Shown here: positions 61,888-64,000 of the stretch, piece by piece
Layout of the letters: every line of letters starts with the position of its first letter
How positions within the stretch are numbered: position 1 is the first letter of the stretch
Origin: Tubulanus polymorphus
Lineage: Eukaryota; Animalia; Nemertea
Assembly (NCBI RefSeq): GCF_964204645.1
Contig: NC_134033.1
Span: 14,206,655 to 14,270,654 of the forward strand
Direction: 5' to 3'
Length of the DNA: 64,000 nt
Notes under the pieces: generated by a model
The model's input: the letters and a program-made list of their open reading frames with translations, nothing else
Databases searched by the model: none
What the model was told of the DNA's origin: nothing
Translations under genes and position numbers: made by a program

Positions 61888-64000
61888 GTCTTATAAACCG
61901 GGATCCAGGCCTAAGAATCCGGTGAGACCTAGAATTAAACGATATTTCATTTTCGGAAATGTTCGTTGAATGTAAATACTCCTCGAAACTTTCCGAATGT
62001 ATATTCGATCGAATTCCGATCGATATTCGCGCGGTCTTCTACACCTGTCAAGCTGTACATGCGTCGTGTATATATTTATAATGCCTAACTAGATATATTA
62101 GTTCTGGATCTCTAGTATTTGTACACTTAACATGAGATTAACATACGATGATTTACCGTCGATGTATTCAATTCCTTTTGAATTATTTTGCCGAAAAAAA
62201 AGGTATTTCCACCTAAATGTGCGTATAGCCTATCTAGATTCAGTTCACTTAGATATAAAAAATACTAAATTTGTTCGGACCTCACTAATGAATTCATCAT
62301 TATGTAGATATCGAATTGATATGATGCGGAATCTTGTTGGCTGAAAAATGGCCTTCATTTCGAATATATACATTTCGTGTTATCGTTTCGTGCATACTCT
62401 CATTTCGTAGCGGTACATTGTATCTTGTTTTACATTTTATATAAAGTAAACGACTGTTGCTTTTGTTTCAAGTTAATTAAAATGAATTTTGTGTATCATT
62501 CCTGAAAATAATATGTATACTTTCTGTTAAAAAGCTTGGTTTTTTTATTCCCTGTTTCGGTCGTCCGCACCTAAACGTCTGAATCTCGTTGACGTCGTAA
62601 GGAGAATGGAAATCGATACAATAAAGCTGGGATTCGAACCTGATAGCACCACTATTAGAGAAACGACTGTCCTACATGCACTATCCCTGCGTTTTAAGCA
62701 TATTGTTATTTTTTGTCGAGTAGCGCGGTATTGTTTCTAGAAACAATATTTACCTTAAAAAATCGGAAGAATGCAGATGCTAAACAATAACACATGGGTA
62801 TCTAAAGTGATACTCACAGTGTTGAGGTTGTTTATCCACTATGCATGTAAGGTGCCTCGTGCATAACTAACTTATCGACTAATGCGCATGTATTTGATAT
62901 CTTTCGGGGCAATATAGCGATGGAACTTCAACAGGCCTTTTATACAATGAATTTCAATTTAGACGGCCGAAGGTTTACGTGGAGTAATCAAACCCTGGCA
63001 AGCGAGGATGTGCGCACAAATAAATAATGATTCGAGCACAGAACACAGTTACTCATCTATGTACGAATCTTTATTGCATTATTTAGAGGTAGGACATTAT
63101 TTTCAGTTACCGGTCAAACCACCGGAGCACGTCTTCTTATTAAGCCTCAGGCGAGCGGCAATCGATGGATAGTTAAAAGATCACATTATAGGTCTAAGAA
63201 AAAGGGCCAATTCCAATATCTGTTGCCAAATTTTGAAGATAACCGATCGGTCGAAACGTCAAATGCTCATTTAGCATTTTCTTTCTATTGTAGGTCTTTA
63301 CTTCAAACTGTCTATGGAAACTAACACGGCAGTATTCAGATATCATAAGCAAGAGCATAGATATCATAAGCAAACCAGCCGACCTGGTTAAGTTGTAACT
63401 TCCCCCCCCCCCCCCAATATATTAGGTGGATGCATTTAGAGAAATGTATAAGGGTATGGCATATAGGCTAAAAATGATCCCTTGTTTCCTCCTAATCGGC
63501 CGGGTCATTTTGTGGACCGCAAAAAAAATTCCTGATCAGTACATTTCTGGGGGCGCCTGTTATGGTTAGCCTGACCATCATTGAAAAAGTAATGTGCGTA
63601 CAGGGTAGATAGGCGGTAGGCCGAGTCAACTTGTAAGCTCAACGAAAATGAGAAACAAAGTATCAATTTTTTAGCCATATTTTGAGATGAGACAATATGG
63701 ATCGCTGCGATTGTAAGAGCCCGGTGTGGCTCAGTTGACTGGGTATAGAGTAGATCCGACGTAATTCGGGTCTACAGCTCCTATTCCAGTGGTTATAAAT
63801 TATATGCGCTACCCACAAAGCGATCGAAGCGTTTTCTTTCCTGTTGTCAAAAAATATAATATCAGTCGGGTTTAATTTCGGTAGCAACCTGACAGTGGTT
63901 CCCCCTGGTGTCCAAACTACGCGCCAGCGCTCCCAATACGCCTATATAACCGCCGTGACGTAAAAACTTCGGCCGCACGCACCAATCACCGTGCTGAAAT

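Noticed and set aside
61872-61900. CTGATGAGTCC hammerhead-like start (also CTGAAGA at 54732 and CTGAGGA at 52580)
   Set aside because: Missing GAAA core or stem I/II pairing.

Overview
Eukaryotic (animal, probably spiralian/invertebrate bilaterian) genomic DNA with three spliced protein-coding genes that I reconstructed exon by exon using GT-AG boundaries and phase checks. (1) The first 16 coding exons of RNA polymerase II largest subunit RPB1/POLR2A (minus strand, 13616 to 454, continuing beyond the window start). (2) A complete 7-exon Yorkie/YAP Hippo effector gene (minus, 54193 to 23896, about 462 aa). (3) A divergently transcribed CFAP97D2-like ciliary gene (plus, 56010 to about 61095) with an RFX X-box and alternative 3' exons. 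Introns hold piggyBac-type (TTAA) and PIF/Harbinger-type (CWG) MITEs, tRNA-derived SINE remnants, several minisatellite families and GA microsatellites. Most ORF-track entries outside these exons are repeat artefacts. The most unusual signals are about repeats shaping splicing: a 47-bp tandem array that multiplies an RPB1 splice donor, inverted tRNA-derived satellite arrays flanking the YAP WW exon (circRNA/dsRNA candidate), a candidate poison exon in YAP, a hammerhead-like plus tRNA-like element, and frame-switching C-terminal exons in CFAP97D2. All coordinates were read by eye and none of these is confirmed by transcript data.
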